This document shows, piece by piece, positions 1-11,900 of a stretch of DNA of 64,000 nt. Under the pieces are notes generated by a model. The model was not told the origin of the DNA. It saw only the letters and a program-made list of their open reading frames with translations, and ran no database searches. A program made the translations under genes and the position numbers. Numbering within the stretch: position 1 is the stretch's first letter; every line of letters starts with the position of its first letter. The stretch is from Blepharisma stoltei ATCC 30299. Taxonomy: Eukaryota > Protista > Ciliophora. The stretch lies in the NCBI GenBank assembly GCA_965603825.1, contig CBFDEM010000036.1, forward strand, positions 62,001-126,000. The letters run 5' to 3'.

Positions 1-189
1 TTGTTTTTGGAAAAGACAAGTATAGGCGAACTGTATAGTAAGCCGAAGAAGAGCTATTTGTGTGAGAAAAGCGAGGCATACAGAAGCAGTGCGCATATTT
101 TGGCAATGCTTTTGGTGTATTTATTTCCTATTGCTGAGATCTGTATAGCGATTTTGATATTTTTGAGAAAATATTCTAGGTCTTATTAA
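1..189 (+). CDS. 3' end of a gene encoding a protein with a C-terminal transmembrane segment (5'-truncated by window)
   Basis: Open from the window edge to TAA. Hydrophobic stretch ILAMLLVYLFPIAEICIAILIFL is followed by RK. No family recognised. Confidence 0.35.
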   Translation: MFLEKTSIGELYSKPKKSYLCEKSEAYRSSAHILAMLLVYLFPIAEICIAILIFLRKYSRSY

Positions 190-218
190 AAATAATTATG
201 AATTTTCTTAAAATAATA

Positions 219-1232
219 ATGGAAACAGGAGGTTTTGCCCTTCAGAACTACAATGTTTCCTCATCCCACCAAAGAAAAATTCTTATGGCTGCTAAAGATG
301 CTTTTACTGAAATTCTTAATCATACAAAAACAATTACAAATGGAAAAATTGTAATTGCAGACTATGGGTGCTCAGAAGGCAAAAACTCAATGGAATTCCT
401 ATTTTTCACTCTCAAAAAATTCAGAGAAAATTCATCACAGTCAGTATTTATTATCCATAATGATTTACCTGAAAACGACTGAGTGAAAGCCTATAAAACC
501 CTATTAGAATCTCAAGAATCCTATATAAAAATCCCTGATGTTTATTTTTCAGCTATAGGAAGGTCCTTTTATTCACAGATTTTGCCTAATAATTCCTTGC
601 ATATTGGGTTTTCTTCAGCATCAATCCATTGGCTGTCCCAGCCTTTGTGTGCTCCAGATCATGCTTTCCCATCATCTTCAGACGATTTAGGATTCCTTGA
701 AACTGCTTCTAATATAGCTCATAATGATTTAGTCACTTTTTTAAGACATAGGCACCAAGAGTTAGTAGACTCAGGCAGACTTCTATTGCAATTCGGCGAT
801 CGCAATGCTAAAGATACCGTCCTCACTATGATTTTACAAGCAGCTTGTGAAAACCTATATAATAAAGGAATAATCACAGACGAAGAAAAAAGAAAAATAA
901 CGATACCGATGTATAGGAGAAGTAATGAAGAAATTATAAGAGCTTTAGATGAAGTTAGTGGATTATTTAGAGTAGTTTCAATAGATAGAATAAGGACTGA
1001 ATGAAATACTAGTGATAGTGAAGAGGAATGAAAAGAAAGTGTAAATCAGGTGAAAAAATTTATTGGGAATCTGATGAGAATTCCTATGTCTAAAGCTATC
1101 AATAGGTCTGGAGAAAATTTTGAAGCCATTTTTCTAGAGTTTTCTAAAGAAGTGGACAGCCTGGCTGAGTCTGCTTGTGCCGAATATTGCATAGCAACTT
1201 ATCATTCAATAGTATTAGAAAAAATAAAATAA
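219..1232 (+). CDS. SABATH-family (Methyltransf_7) SAM-dependent carboxyl methyltransferase, copy 1
   Basis: ORFs 198-482, 483-1004 and 1050-1232 are one frame joined by three TGA(Trp). Motifs IADYGCSEGKNS, HNDLPEND-W, GRSFY.QI.P, IHWLSQ, FL..R..EL...GR. Start at 219 (METGG) chosen by paralogy with MATGG; an in-frame ATG also exists at 198. Confidence 0.88.
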
Positions 1233-1414
1233 ATCCTTAATTTTGATAATATGAAAATTTATTATATTTCACAGGAAAACCCATCAATTTCTTAAATATT
1301 TTTTCTCCACAGTCACAATTATTCTCCTTTCTCCCAATTAAAAATTAATCATAGTTTAATTAATGACGTCTCCACAAAAATTCTTTATTAATCATTTAAA
1401 TTAATAATAAAATA

Positions 1415-2434
1415 ATGGCAACAGGCGGATTTGCTCTCCCTAACTATAATGAATCCTCAGCTCAGCAGAGAAAAATGCTTCTAAAAGCTACCCAAACTTT
1501 TGGCGAAATTCTCAATTTTTCTCCAACCCTCACAAATGGCACTATAGTAATCGCTGACTATGGGTCGTCTGAGGTCTACAACTCTATGGTCTTTCTTAGC
1601 AGAACTCTTCAGAATTTCAGAAAAATTTCGTCCCAGCCCATTCTTGTCTTCCACAATGACCTGCCTGACAATAATTGGGTAGCTGCAAATAAAATCCTAT
1701 TGGAGTCTGAAGAGTCCTATATAAAAATCCCTGACGTTTATTTTTCAGCTATAGGCAGATCTTTTTATGATCAAATTTTACCTAATAATTCTGTCCACAT
1801 TGGGTTTTCCTCAGCAGCTATCCATTGGTTATCCCAGCCTTTAAGTGCTCCAGACCATATTCTCCCATCCTCTTCTAATGATCCTACCTTTAAAGCCATA
1901 GCTTCAGAGCTTGCCCATAGAGACTTACTTACTTTTCTTTCCCACAGACATAAAGAACTAGTAAATAATGGCCGTTTACTCTTACAATTCGCTGACTCTA
2001 ATAATAACTCAAGCTTAGCAAGCACAGTAATGCAGCAAGTCTCTATAAATTTATTATCCAGAGGGGTAATTACAGAAGAAGAAAAAAGAGACTTGACGAT
2101 GCCAATTTATAGGAGAAGTAATGAAGAAATCCAACAGGTGTTAGAAGAAGTTTCAGGTTTATTTAGGGTAATTTCGATAGAAAAAATAGAAGCAAAAAGG
2201 TATGAAGGGGTGTCTGATGAACATTTAAGGGAGGTTGTAGAGCAGATCAAGAAGTATGGGCCTGGGATGATGAGGACACCTTTGTTGAGAGCGATAAAAA
2301 GGGATAGCGAAGAATTTGAGAGGATTTTTGAGATTTTTGCAAAAAAAGCCTGCGAGGTATTTGAGAGCATTGATGCAAGAAATTCTTTGTCGAGCTACCA
2401 TTCGATTGTGCTGGAGAAAATTGCTAGAGAATAA
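1415..2434 (+). CDS. SABATH-family SAM-dependent carboxyl methyltransferase, copy 2 (339 aa)
   Basis: Intact ORF with IADYGSSE, HNDLPDNNW, GRSFYDQILP, IHWLSQP and PIYRRS.EE motifs. Confidence 0.92.
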   Translation: MATGGFALPNYNESSAQQRKMLLKATQTFGEILNFSPTLTNGTIVIADYGSSEVYNSMVFLSRTLQNFRKISSQPILVFHNDLPDNNWVAANKILLESEESYIKIPDVYFSAIGRSFYDQILPNNSVHIGFSSAAIHWLSQPLSAPDHILPSSSNDPTFKAIASELAHRDLLTFLSHRHKELVNNGRLLLQFADSNNNSSLASTVMQQVSINLLSRGVITEEEKRDLTMPIYRRSNEEIQQVLEEVSGLFRVISIEKIEAKRYEGVSDEHLREVVEQIKKYGPGMMRTPLLRAIKRDSEEFERIFEIFAKKACEVFESIDARNSLSSYHSIVLEKIARE

Positions 2435-2476
2435 AAAGTTTAAGTAAGTTATTACTAGTAATATCCTAAAAATAAA

Positions 2477-3469
2477 ATGTCTGGACTTTGTGCACTAAAA
2501 GGGTATAACCTAGCTTCAAGTAACCAAAGCAGAGCTTTAATAGCTGATTGAGCCTTTTGGGGAGTCCATTCGGCATATTAATGAAAGCTCTACTGGGAAT
2601 ATTGTTATTGCTGACTACGGGTCTTCTGAAGGCTATAACTCAGTTTTATTCTTTAATCAGACCTTGCCAAATTTAGAGAATATTCAGACAGACCAATTAT
2701 GATAGTCCATCATGATTTACCTGAAAATAATTGGGGCGAGACTTTTAAAACGGTTTTGGAAGCTCCAGAATCCTACTTAAAAATCCCAATGGTTTTCTAC
2801 TCAGGGCTTGGCCGCTCCTTCAACCAACAAATATTCCCTGACAACTCAGTCCACATTGGCATCTCCTCTCTCGCTTTCCACTTCCTCCCCCGTCCCTTTT
2901 GTGCATTTGACCACATTTTTGTTTCTTCCTCTTCAGATCTAGCCCTAAAATCCCAAGCCTCAAAAACCGCCCATAACTATCTTGTTAACCTCTTAACCCT
3001 ACGCCATAAAGAACTTGTCCCATCTGGCCGACTTCTTATAGTTTTTCCTACAGAAACCATTGGAAATCTTTTCCCTTCGATAATATTGCAAACAGTCAAT
3101 GAAAATATGCATGCAAAAGGCGTCATAAATGAAGAAGAAAAGCGAAATGTGACTATTCCTGTATATGCCAGAAATGATGAAGAATTGAGAAGGACACTTG
3201 AAGAGGTTGGAAATTTGTACAGAGTTATAGAGTGGAAAAAGGCTGACGATGAATCGAGACCAACTGAGGAGAATAGAGAGGAGCTTTATGAAAGCTTAAA
3301 AGTGCTGGCCGTCTCACATTTGGAAGCGATTTTGAAGAAGGTAGTGAAGAGAGAGGTAGGACCAGTTGTGGAGGAGTATAAAAAAGAGGTAGAGAAGGTT
3401 TTAGGAGAGATCCCTTTTACGAGTTTCCCAACTTTTCATTTAGTTGTACTGGAAAAAATATTGAATTAG
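2477..3469 (+). pseudogene. SABATH-family methyltransferase, copy 3, with two 5' frameshifts (pseudogene or consensus error)
   Basis: ATG 2477 (MSGLCALKGYN). IADYGSSEGYNS lies in a shifted frame (~2547-2660), and HHDLPENNW onward is in ORF 2699-3469. A net 3 nt are missing. Confidence 0.75.
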
Positions 3470-3629
3470 GTCATTTAAATATTTATCTCATAGCATAAAG
3501 ATAATACTTTTTTTTGATTCGTGGTTTTATTTAATTTTTGAGATAAATCTTGACAATAAATGTTCTCGAGGCTCTTAAGTCAAATTCTCTAGTAAACTAG
3601 TTTTGCAGGATTGCTGAAAAATGGGTTAT

Positions 3630-4200
3630 TTATCTTCTAATAAGTAAAAAAGAAAGAAATGCTTTACCACAGCGATAAAATGCTTAGTAATAATCATCTC
3701 TTTCTTTTCACTACAATTCTTACCCCTTTGCAAATTCAATTTTCTTATTAAATTGTCCGCTATTCTAACTTCTTCTTAGTTCTTATCATTTACTTCAAGG
3801 GTCTCTCCAATTCCCTTTGTTCATCCAAAATTTGCAGGAGTTAATTTCTTCCTGTTCAAAACCTCTATATTCTGTTCATCTTATGATGATTGGAGCCTAT
3901 CCTACACTTCTTCTGTCCAGTTGAGTGTTTGCTATAAAAATCTTCAGGAATAATATTAAATAGTCATGAACAATCTTCAGGATATCTCACACGAGCTGTT
4001 TATTTTTGCTTTTCCCTCGATCATGCTTCCTAATTCCATAACTCATCCTTTCTGATCCTGCATAGCTCTGCCTAACACCAGGAAAAATGCAAAAGGACTT
4101 AGCAGGCTGCATTCTGTTGCTTTTAGTAATTTATTCAACTGCTTCTAGGTAAATTCGTCCGCATTGTCATAATTTATTAATAGAAAGATATAAAAATAAA
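3630..4200. repeat. Conserved upstream module of the ZnF-TPR duplication unit (contains a degenerate antisense ORF relic)
   Basis: Homologous blocks (gatatctcacacgagctg; ctgcttctaggtaaattcgtcc) precede the copies at 28283, 32316, 38670 and, inverted and partly truncated, 43016, 43432, 47754, 56231. Confidence 0.7.
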
Positions 4201-5077
4201 TTGCAAGCATGTCAAAAATTTGCTGCTCTTTTTGCCTCTTAGACGCAATCTTTGAATCTGATTGTGGCCAGTTTAAAGCATGTCCAAAGCATAAAGCTCA
4301 AGGGCGTAAGGTAAAACGAAGAAAGTCACCAATCAACAAAGAATCCAAAGCGATCTTATTCAATTTTGTCTGCACGTTAAAGAAGGAATTTATTGTCCGA
4401 ATTGATAAACTAATTAAAGAAAGTATACACAATGAGGATAATAAAAAATACCAGGAGGAACTAAAATGAGCACGTGAGGGTTTGGATGACTGCAATAATA
4501 TCTTAATGCGCTATTTTAGAAAACCATTTGTAGAGATGAAACTCATTTTAAGTCCTTTTGACTATTTTTTAACTCAACCAAAGGAAAAAGCACAACAATA
4601 CATAAAGGAGAATTGAAACCGGGATGATTTTTTAGAATTTTCTAGATCAGTTAAAGCGTATTTGTTTGATTACAATTATTTTAAATTTGAAGATCAAAAA
4701 TCTATTCACGGCTGGGTTTATAAATCTGCTTACAATCAGCACGATCGTCTATCAGATTTCTGTGGCAAAATATTTTTGGATTTTATTAAAATAGCGGAAT
4801 ATGAGATGGCGTATGAATTATATAAAAATATCAAAAGTTATAAAGAAATTTATGATAGGAAGGAGCATTAGGTTTCGTGATTTTCCCGAAAGCTTGTCTC
4901 AATTTTATTCTAAAAATATTTCAAATAGAGCTAACCAAGAGCTAGGATTGCTCTATTATGGCAATAAAAACTATAGTAAATCAATAGACTGCTTTATGAA
5001 ATCGATTGGTTTTCATAATAAGCGTCTTCAAGATTATTTTGCATGGCAGAATGAGGTAGGCATCTGAGATGACTCCT

Positions 5078-5519
5078 TAATGCTTTTGGTTAATTTGATT
5101 AAATATAAAATTGCTCTGATAAAAAAATCGATAAAATATAAGCTTTTTAAATAGAATTTCTTATAAAATATAAAAATTTCTGGCAAATAATAAAACTCAA
5201 TTTAAATCTGAATGCCGGCACAAGAAATTTGTTCTACTACTTCTTTCATCTTCAAGTTCTTTTTAATTGCTCAATCACTTAATTTTATACAATCTGCTTT
5301 GGTAGCATATCAGAAAATTGATGAGCATGGATATTTCTATTTTCATAGCTTTTTCTGCTTTTTTCAAGGAGTGTTTTCAATGTCATCGTCAACTTGATTG
5401 TAAATTTTATTATATTTTTTAAGTTTCTTATATTATATTTTATTTTGACTGATGTGATTTTAATTATCTTAATATGGTTGTGAATATAAACTTTGATAAA
5501 TTGCTGCTTTTTTAACTTA
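5078..5519. mobile_element. IES-like element, 440 bp, CTTA terminal direct repeat
   Basis: CTTA at 5076-5079 and 5516-5519. Removal gives gac tcc tta gaa tat tta att gaa gcc, identical to the empty paralog at ~29420. Confidence 0.85.
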
Positions 5520-5784
5520 GAATATTTAATTGAAGCCTATCGTTGTTTGGCAAAAGCTCATAGTGCACTAAAAAATAATAAAGAGATTATAACAATTCTA
5601 AACACAGTTGAATCTAAATGTTCAGTAACTAAAGACAAGATTCTATACCATGCAACGATTGGGGAGATTTATTATCTTCTGAATGATTTTGATAAAGCTT
5701 ATAAAAAAATATGGGAATGCATTAAAATATCTAAACGGGAAAAGTTTATAAACTCGTACGAGCTATCAAATTTAAGACTTTTAT

Positions 5785-6823
5785 TAGCATGCTTTTCCCC
5801 TTTGAATTTCCTAAATATAAAGATAAATGCTCACAAAATTGCACGTTATTTATGAGTTTTACGATGCTATTTTTTTATCAAAATATAAGCCTCACGCTAT
5901 TTTATCCATCTTACGGCGAGTTAACCAGCAAATACCCTCCAATAAGTATTAGAATAAAACCACATAGCCTAGTTAAACTTTTCTCGGCATGGCTTCAGAG
6001 CTTTTTCTCCCTAAAGTCTTCTTCTCATTACACTAATGTGTAGTCTTTATGCCTGCTAAATATTTTACAATTAGTGCCCTGAGCTACTTCCCCTAGCCTG
6101 ATTTTAGAATATCTAATGAATATCGCTATTGAATTTAATATGAGTCTCATAATTATAAAATAGCGTAAATAATCTTTTGCAGAGATTCAAAGGTAGAAAT
6201 TAGCTGATGGATTTGGAATAAGAAGAAGATGAGATCTTATTGCAATGAAGAATTTGAGAATAGAAACAGAGATGATGTCGAATTGATGCTGGCCTCAGGA
6301 TTTAGACCTACATCAAAAAAGAGTTGATAGGATAGGAGAGAAACAAAAGAATGATTTTGTTCGTGGAGCTAGGGATTATTTTGCAAATTAATTAATTTTT
6401 ACTTCTCAATCTTTTCGAATTGGGCTCTTTTTGCTTAAAATTTTAAAAAAAATTAATCCCTCATGAGGGAACCCAGAAGAAAACAGAAGAAACCTAGAAG
6501 AAAAATCATCAAAAAACTAAGTAGAAAACCAAGAAGAAAACCCAGTTAAAACCCTCAGGAAACCCAGAAGAAAACTCAGAAGAAAGCACAGTAAAAAGCC
6601 TGGGGAGCCCAAAAAGAAAAGCAAGAAGATTATCAAAAGAAAGCCCAAAAGACAAAATCCGGAGGAAAAGAAGAATAGAAAAGAAAGCCATAAGGCTGCT
6701 TCTCAAAAGAAAGCCCAAAAGACAAAATCCGGAGGAAAAGAAGAATAGAAAAAGAAAGCCATAAGGCTGCTTCTGCAACAATAGCCGCTATATCAATAAG
6801 TGGTAACAAATAAAAAAATGTAG
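5785..6823. mobile_element. IES-like/TE-like insertion, ~1036 bp, TAG direct repeats
   Basis: Interrupts LL(A)DIYVW. TAG at 5785 and 6821; removal restores the frame (one codon shorter than paralogs). CAT...ATG lies just inside the ends. Confidence 0.7.
6633..6774 (+). repeat. Two-copy 70/71-bp purine-rich tandem repeat inside the 1036-bp insertion
   Basis: tcaaaagaaagcccaaaagacaaaatccggaggaaaagaagaatagaaaagaaagccataaggctgcttc starts at 6633 and 6703. It is preceded by degenerate cccagaagaaaa units from ~6470. Confidence 0.9.
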
Positions 6824-8972
6824 ATATTTATGTCTGAAGAGGTGATTTTACAAAAGCACATCAATCTCTTTATGAAGCTAAATCTTTGAGTAGCATTTTA
6901 CCTAAAACAGATCTAAACGAGCAAGAAATTTATAAAGCATTTTGAGTATTCTATTTAAATAGGCAGTGATATGATGATGCTCTAATATACTTTGGAAAAA
7001 TATCAGATAGATGGTCCAATCATGAGCTGTTATTTGCTATGCTTTCTATGGGAATTGCTTATTGTTGAAAGCTGGATTATCAAAAAGCATTGAAATTTTT
7101 AAATAAAGCAAAGAAAATGATGTATGATTTTATTGAAAGTTATAAAAATCAGTTATTTATTGCTTATGCGTACATTGGAGAATTATGCAATCTTCAAGGC
7201 AAATTAAAATACGCAAAAATATACTTTACTAAAGCTATCGAGCTTATTGGCAGCTATGACATTTTTAATATTGATATGCTTCTAAAATCCCAAAGCTTTG
7301 TTTTTAGTTATTTTTATGGAAAATCTGGCTATGAAAAATGCAGGATAATTTTGCTAAGAGTGAATGAAATATTAAAAAATAACATGCATCAAAAGTTTAG
7401 AATGCCTTGCTACTTTATTCAATGAGCAGAGCTATATATATCTTTAAATGAAATCAAAGAAGCTGAAAAATGCTTGAGTGAAGCTGAAAAATTATTGTTT
7501 TCTCAAAAAAATATAGTAATCAAGGATCTGGATTGTGTGGGTGACTATATAGATGTTGCGAATATTTATATTAATTTATCAAATAATTCTGATGAAAATC
7601 TTCAAAAGGCAGAAAAAATTTTAAAATACGCTGAAGGGGTTGTTAATGAAAAGAGGCGCAACGATCGATTTTCGAAACTAGCTATATATTACTGTCTTGG
7701 AATGCTATATTCTAAAGAGCAAAGATGGGAATATTCAAAAATTTACATTCAAAAATTATTAGATTTATATAAGAAATTCACCCATAACCCAAGCGTAGTG
7801 AAAGATCTTAAATGCTGAATCAATTCATTGATGAATTTTTGGAAATTTATAGAGAGAAAGTTTAAAATAAATATCCAAAGTAAATAAAAATAATTCTACT
7901 TGAGTATCTTATTTGTTGACATGATTGCATTGCATTGAGAGAACGTTCATTCCATTTTTCTTACTGAGAACCAGAATTTTCATCTTAGTGAGGCCCCAGC
8001 TTTGCTTTTATGTGAAATCTGAATTTGTATTTTCATAATAGAATAATTTTTTTCCCTAAGCACATTTAAACAGAAATTTTAATCTATTTAATTTCTAGCT
8101 ATAATTTCAATACCCATGTGCACTTCGATTTGTGGATTTTTTTCCTAATTAACTTTTATGCTATTTGATTGTCTATTTGCAGCATCAACTAGCCTGAATG
8201 AATAGATTCTATTGATAAATATTCACAGAATTCTTTTTATCAGCTAGTTTGTTGGAAGTTCAGAATAATCTTTCACTAATAAGTTAAATTCTTTAGATGA
8301 AGTTCAAGTTAAAATTATAGCTCATCTATCAATTAAATCTTTATCGAATAGCTAATTATTAGATTACCTTTATTATCTATTCTAATGATGTCAGTTTTTA
8401 ACCTAAGGTTACTTGTGCATTCTTCGTGTGCTGTGTCTGAATTTGTATCGCTACTGTCATCAGTAAAGAAGATCTGTTAAAATTTATATATCAATATCAT
8501 TGCCTATTTTCTCATCCTCTTTGCTAGCTGATATGTTACTTTCGGAAATATGCAATTATATAAAATATATAATTCTTCTTCTAGATAGGGGCTTCAAAGG
8601 TGCTACAGATGTAACAGCGGTGTGACCATCTTTTTCCTACAAAACCCTATAATACAGGAATTTGCTATAATTTAAAAATCTTTCTGCAATTATTGAGGAG
8701 CTGATTAGAAAATTTTATAACAAGTAGAAAAAATGAAGTAAATTAAAAATTTTCTGCTATTTTCAAAAAAATACGATTGTTTTTAAATAACAAGACTTAT
8801 TAAACTTAATTTATTGATGGTTATGCCTTCTTTTGTCAGCTATGATGAACTGAGTGTTTGTTTGACTAAAATTAGAAAATATAATTATCTCTTTGAATAT
8901 TATTAAATCAATTAAAATTAGTAGAATCTGCTGATGAAATCAATTATTTAAGCTTATTTTGCTAGACCCCTA

Positions 8973-11900
8973 CTACTTGGTGGAAAGTGATAGCCAAAGC
9001 TGGGCAATTATATCAATTATCTTTTTTTGATGCTCGATAGCCTCTCTTTCTATTTGCTGCAGTGTGCTGATTGGCTGTAACTTTTTCAAGTCTAGGCAGT
9101 CAAGTGCTTTTTTAAGAATTTGTGAATGCTGCTTTTTAGCTTTTCCCCCTTTCTTCTCTGCCTCTCTAAGTTTTTCTGGATTTTCTGGAAGACTTTTTTT
9201 AAATTTCTCGAGCTCCTCTTTAAATTCAATAACACTCTCCTGTAATTTAGAAAGTGTCTGCAGCAATTTAAGGCGATCTTTGTCTGATATTTCATTATTA
9301 AAATTATAATTTCCTTCCTGTGGACTTTTAGTAATTTTACTCTCTTGCACGCTTTGTAGTAAGTTATATGCTCTATTTAAATCCTGCTGTGCTTCTGTCT
9401 CTCGCTCTAGATCATTGAGTAGTTGAGCGCGACAGCAGAGATAGAGAAATTCATCAGGACTAAGCTTGATTGCTTCATTAAAGTGCTCAATTGCTTCGAG
9501 CATTCTGCCTAAACTATAAAGGGCGCGTCCTTTATAACAAAAAGCAGCAGGTAAATCAGGGTGGAGTCTCATTGCCTCATCATAGCATTTAATTGCTTCA
9601 GACATTAAGCCTAAATTATAAAGGGCGTATCCTTTATTTAAATGAGCTTGAGCATTGTTAGGATCAAGTTTTAAGGTTTCGTAATAGCATTCTACCGCTT
9701 CAAGAAATCTTCCTAAAGCATTAAGAGCAATTCCTTTACCAAAGTAAAAATTAGCTGTGCTAGGACTTAGCTTAATTGCTTCATTATAGCATTCAATTGC
9801 CTCAAGGTTTCTTCCCAACCCACTCAGAGCAGCGCCTTTATTACTGTAAGCTAAAGCATCATCAGGTTTAAGCTTGATTGCTTCAGTATAGCATTCAACT
9901 GCCTCAATATATCTTTCTAAAGTAATAAGATCATAGCCTTTATCAAAATAAGACTCAGCTGAGCTAGGATTGAGTCTAATTGCTTCGCTGTAGCATTCAA
10001 TTGCTTCAAGAGTCCTTCCTAACTCATCCAGAGCATTGCCTTTGTCCTGATAGGCTTCATCATCAGTAGGGTCAAGTTTAATTGCTTCGCTAAAGCATTC
10101 TATTGCTTCAAGATCCCTGCTTAAATTTTTTAAGGCAATTCCTTTCAACCTATAATAGCCAGAGGGATTTGGAAGCATTTTAATTACTTCGTTATAGCAC
10201 TCTATCTCTTCAAGATATCTTTTTAGTTTTCTTAGAGCAAAACCTTTATTAGTATAATATTTAGCTGAGTTATGGTCGAGCTTGATCGCTTCATTATAGC
10301 ATTCTATAGCTTCCTCGCTCCTTCCCAAGTTGTATAGAGCATGACCTTTATTGTTGTAACCACTAGCAGCATCAGGCCTAAGTTCTATAAATTTATTATA
10401 GCACTCAATTGCTTCAAGATATCTCTCTAAAGCTTCTAAGGCTGCTGATTTATAAAAGTAAGTCATGCAATTATCAGGTTTTAGTCTGATTGCTTCGTTA
10501 TAGCACTCAATTGCTTCAAGATTTCTTCCTAAAGTATTAAGAGCAAGTCCTTTGTCACTGTAAGCTATACTACTAGGGTGGATCTTGATTCATTCGTCAT
10601 AACACCCTATTGCTTCAAGATGTCTTTCTAGTTTAGATAGAGCAATTCCTTTATTTCAGTAGGCGTTAGTATTTCGAGGTTTTATATTAATTACTTTGTC
10701 AAAACACTCTATCGCTTCAAGATGTCTATTTAAACCTGCCAGAGCATACCCTTTATTTAAGTGAGCATCATAATAGGAAGGGGAAAGAATAATTGCTTTA
10801 TTAAAGCATTCTATTGCTTCGGAATACAGTTTTAGCTCATAAAGAACTCTCCCTTTCTCGCTGTAACAGCCAGGATAATTAGGATTGATTTTGATTGTTT
10901 CATTGTAGAATTCTATTTTTCCTAGCTGTGCTCCCAAATAGAAAAGTGTATGCTTATCATTAATGAGAGCTGCAGCATACTCAGGAATAAGACTAAAGCT
11001 GTGATTATGACGCTCTATTGCCTCGATCCTATCACTTACTTTTCTAAGAGCTACATGTCTATCATAGTAAGCAATCTCACTAAGAACTTTCGAAATGAGG
11101 TCAAATTTATAATATTTTCTAATAGACTCGCTAATACACGATATATATACTCCTTCTTTATTATATGAGAAATAAACTTGATAGAAATCATTTTTGATTA
11201 TTGATTGTCCTATTTTTTGCCAAGCATACTCATTTCCGACTTCGCTTTCATAGACTGACCCATTGCAGCTTGAAATCAAATATAATCTCTCATTTGCATT
11301 TATCAAGATCTTATTAGAATTTTTCTCTATAAAGTCATAAGGAATCCATGAAAATGCATCAATATCAATCGAATATGAGCAAAGATAACTTTCTTGAAAT
11401 CCAGAAATCACTATTTTCCTGTTAAACACTGTGCCAAGTCTAAAGGATCCGGCTCCCCAATCAGCTAATTTGCATCATCTATTTCCATCCAAATCGAATC
11501 TACTCGGCATTCCTTTTTGTTCTCAATGAACCTTTGGTCCAAAGCAATAGACACTCCTATCAAAATAGATAGCTAATGAGAATGCTAGCTTAGTCTGAGT
11601 AGGCAACACCCTAACTCCATAATTTTTATCAATTATAAAGACATTGAAAGGAGATGAATCTATTTCGCAAGTGCAGAATAACTCACCATTCGGAAGCTGA
11701 GCAACAGACGACGTGCATTTCTTTAATTTTCATGGAAAATCCAAAACTTTTTCGTGCTCAATTTCTCCTTCAGTGTCATAGACGAACAAGCTAGTTCTTT
11801 TATCAACTTCTCCAATAAGGTAAAGAGAAGTACTCTGATGATAAGCATTGACACACTCTTGATAAGCTTGACTAATTAATGGGTCAGAAATATAGTTTTC

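Larger units (their letters stand above)
4209..7865 (+). pseudogene. ZnF(B-box-like)-TPR family copy, subfamily A, interrupted by two IES-like insertions and an internal deletion/frameshift (~4860)
   Basis: CCSFCLLDAIFESDCGQFKACPKH start. Collinear with the intact paralog 28283-30742 once 5078-5519 and 5785-6823 are removed. Frameshifts at ~4860 and ~7815. Confidence 0.8.

Noticed and set aside
4856-4872. 13-bp TAGG...TAGG segment whose removal would restore the frame of the 4209 copy
   Set aside because: Far shorter than known IESs and not GT-AG. It sits at a large deletion junction, so it is more likely repair filler or chance.
5089-5520. GT...AG intron interpretation of the 440-bp insertion
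   Set aside because: Splicing from GT 5089 to AG 5520 gives a frameshift and immediate TAA. Only CTTA-to-CTTA removal matches the paralogs.
6470-6781. CRISPR-like array, or the hydrophobic 90-aa minus-strand ORF
   Set aside because: These are contiguous low-complexity tandem repeats without unique spacers or cas genes. The ORF is the antisense shadow of A-rich repeats.
7870-8960. Possible RNA gene or telomere-addition site in intergenic DNA (also 12420-13400)
   Set aside because: No tRNA cloverleaf, rRNA signature or tandem telomeric repeat recognised by eye. A covariance-model search would be needed.
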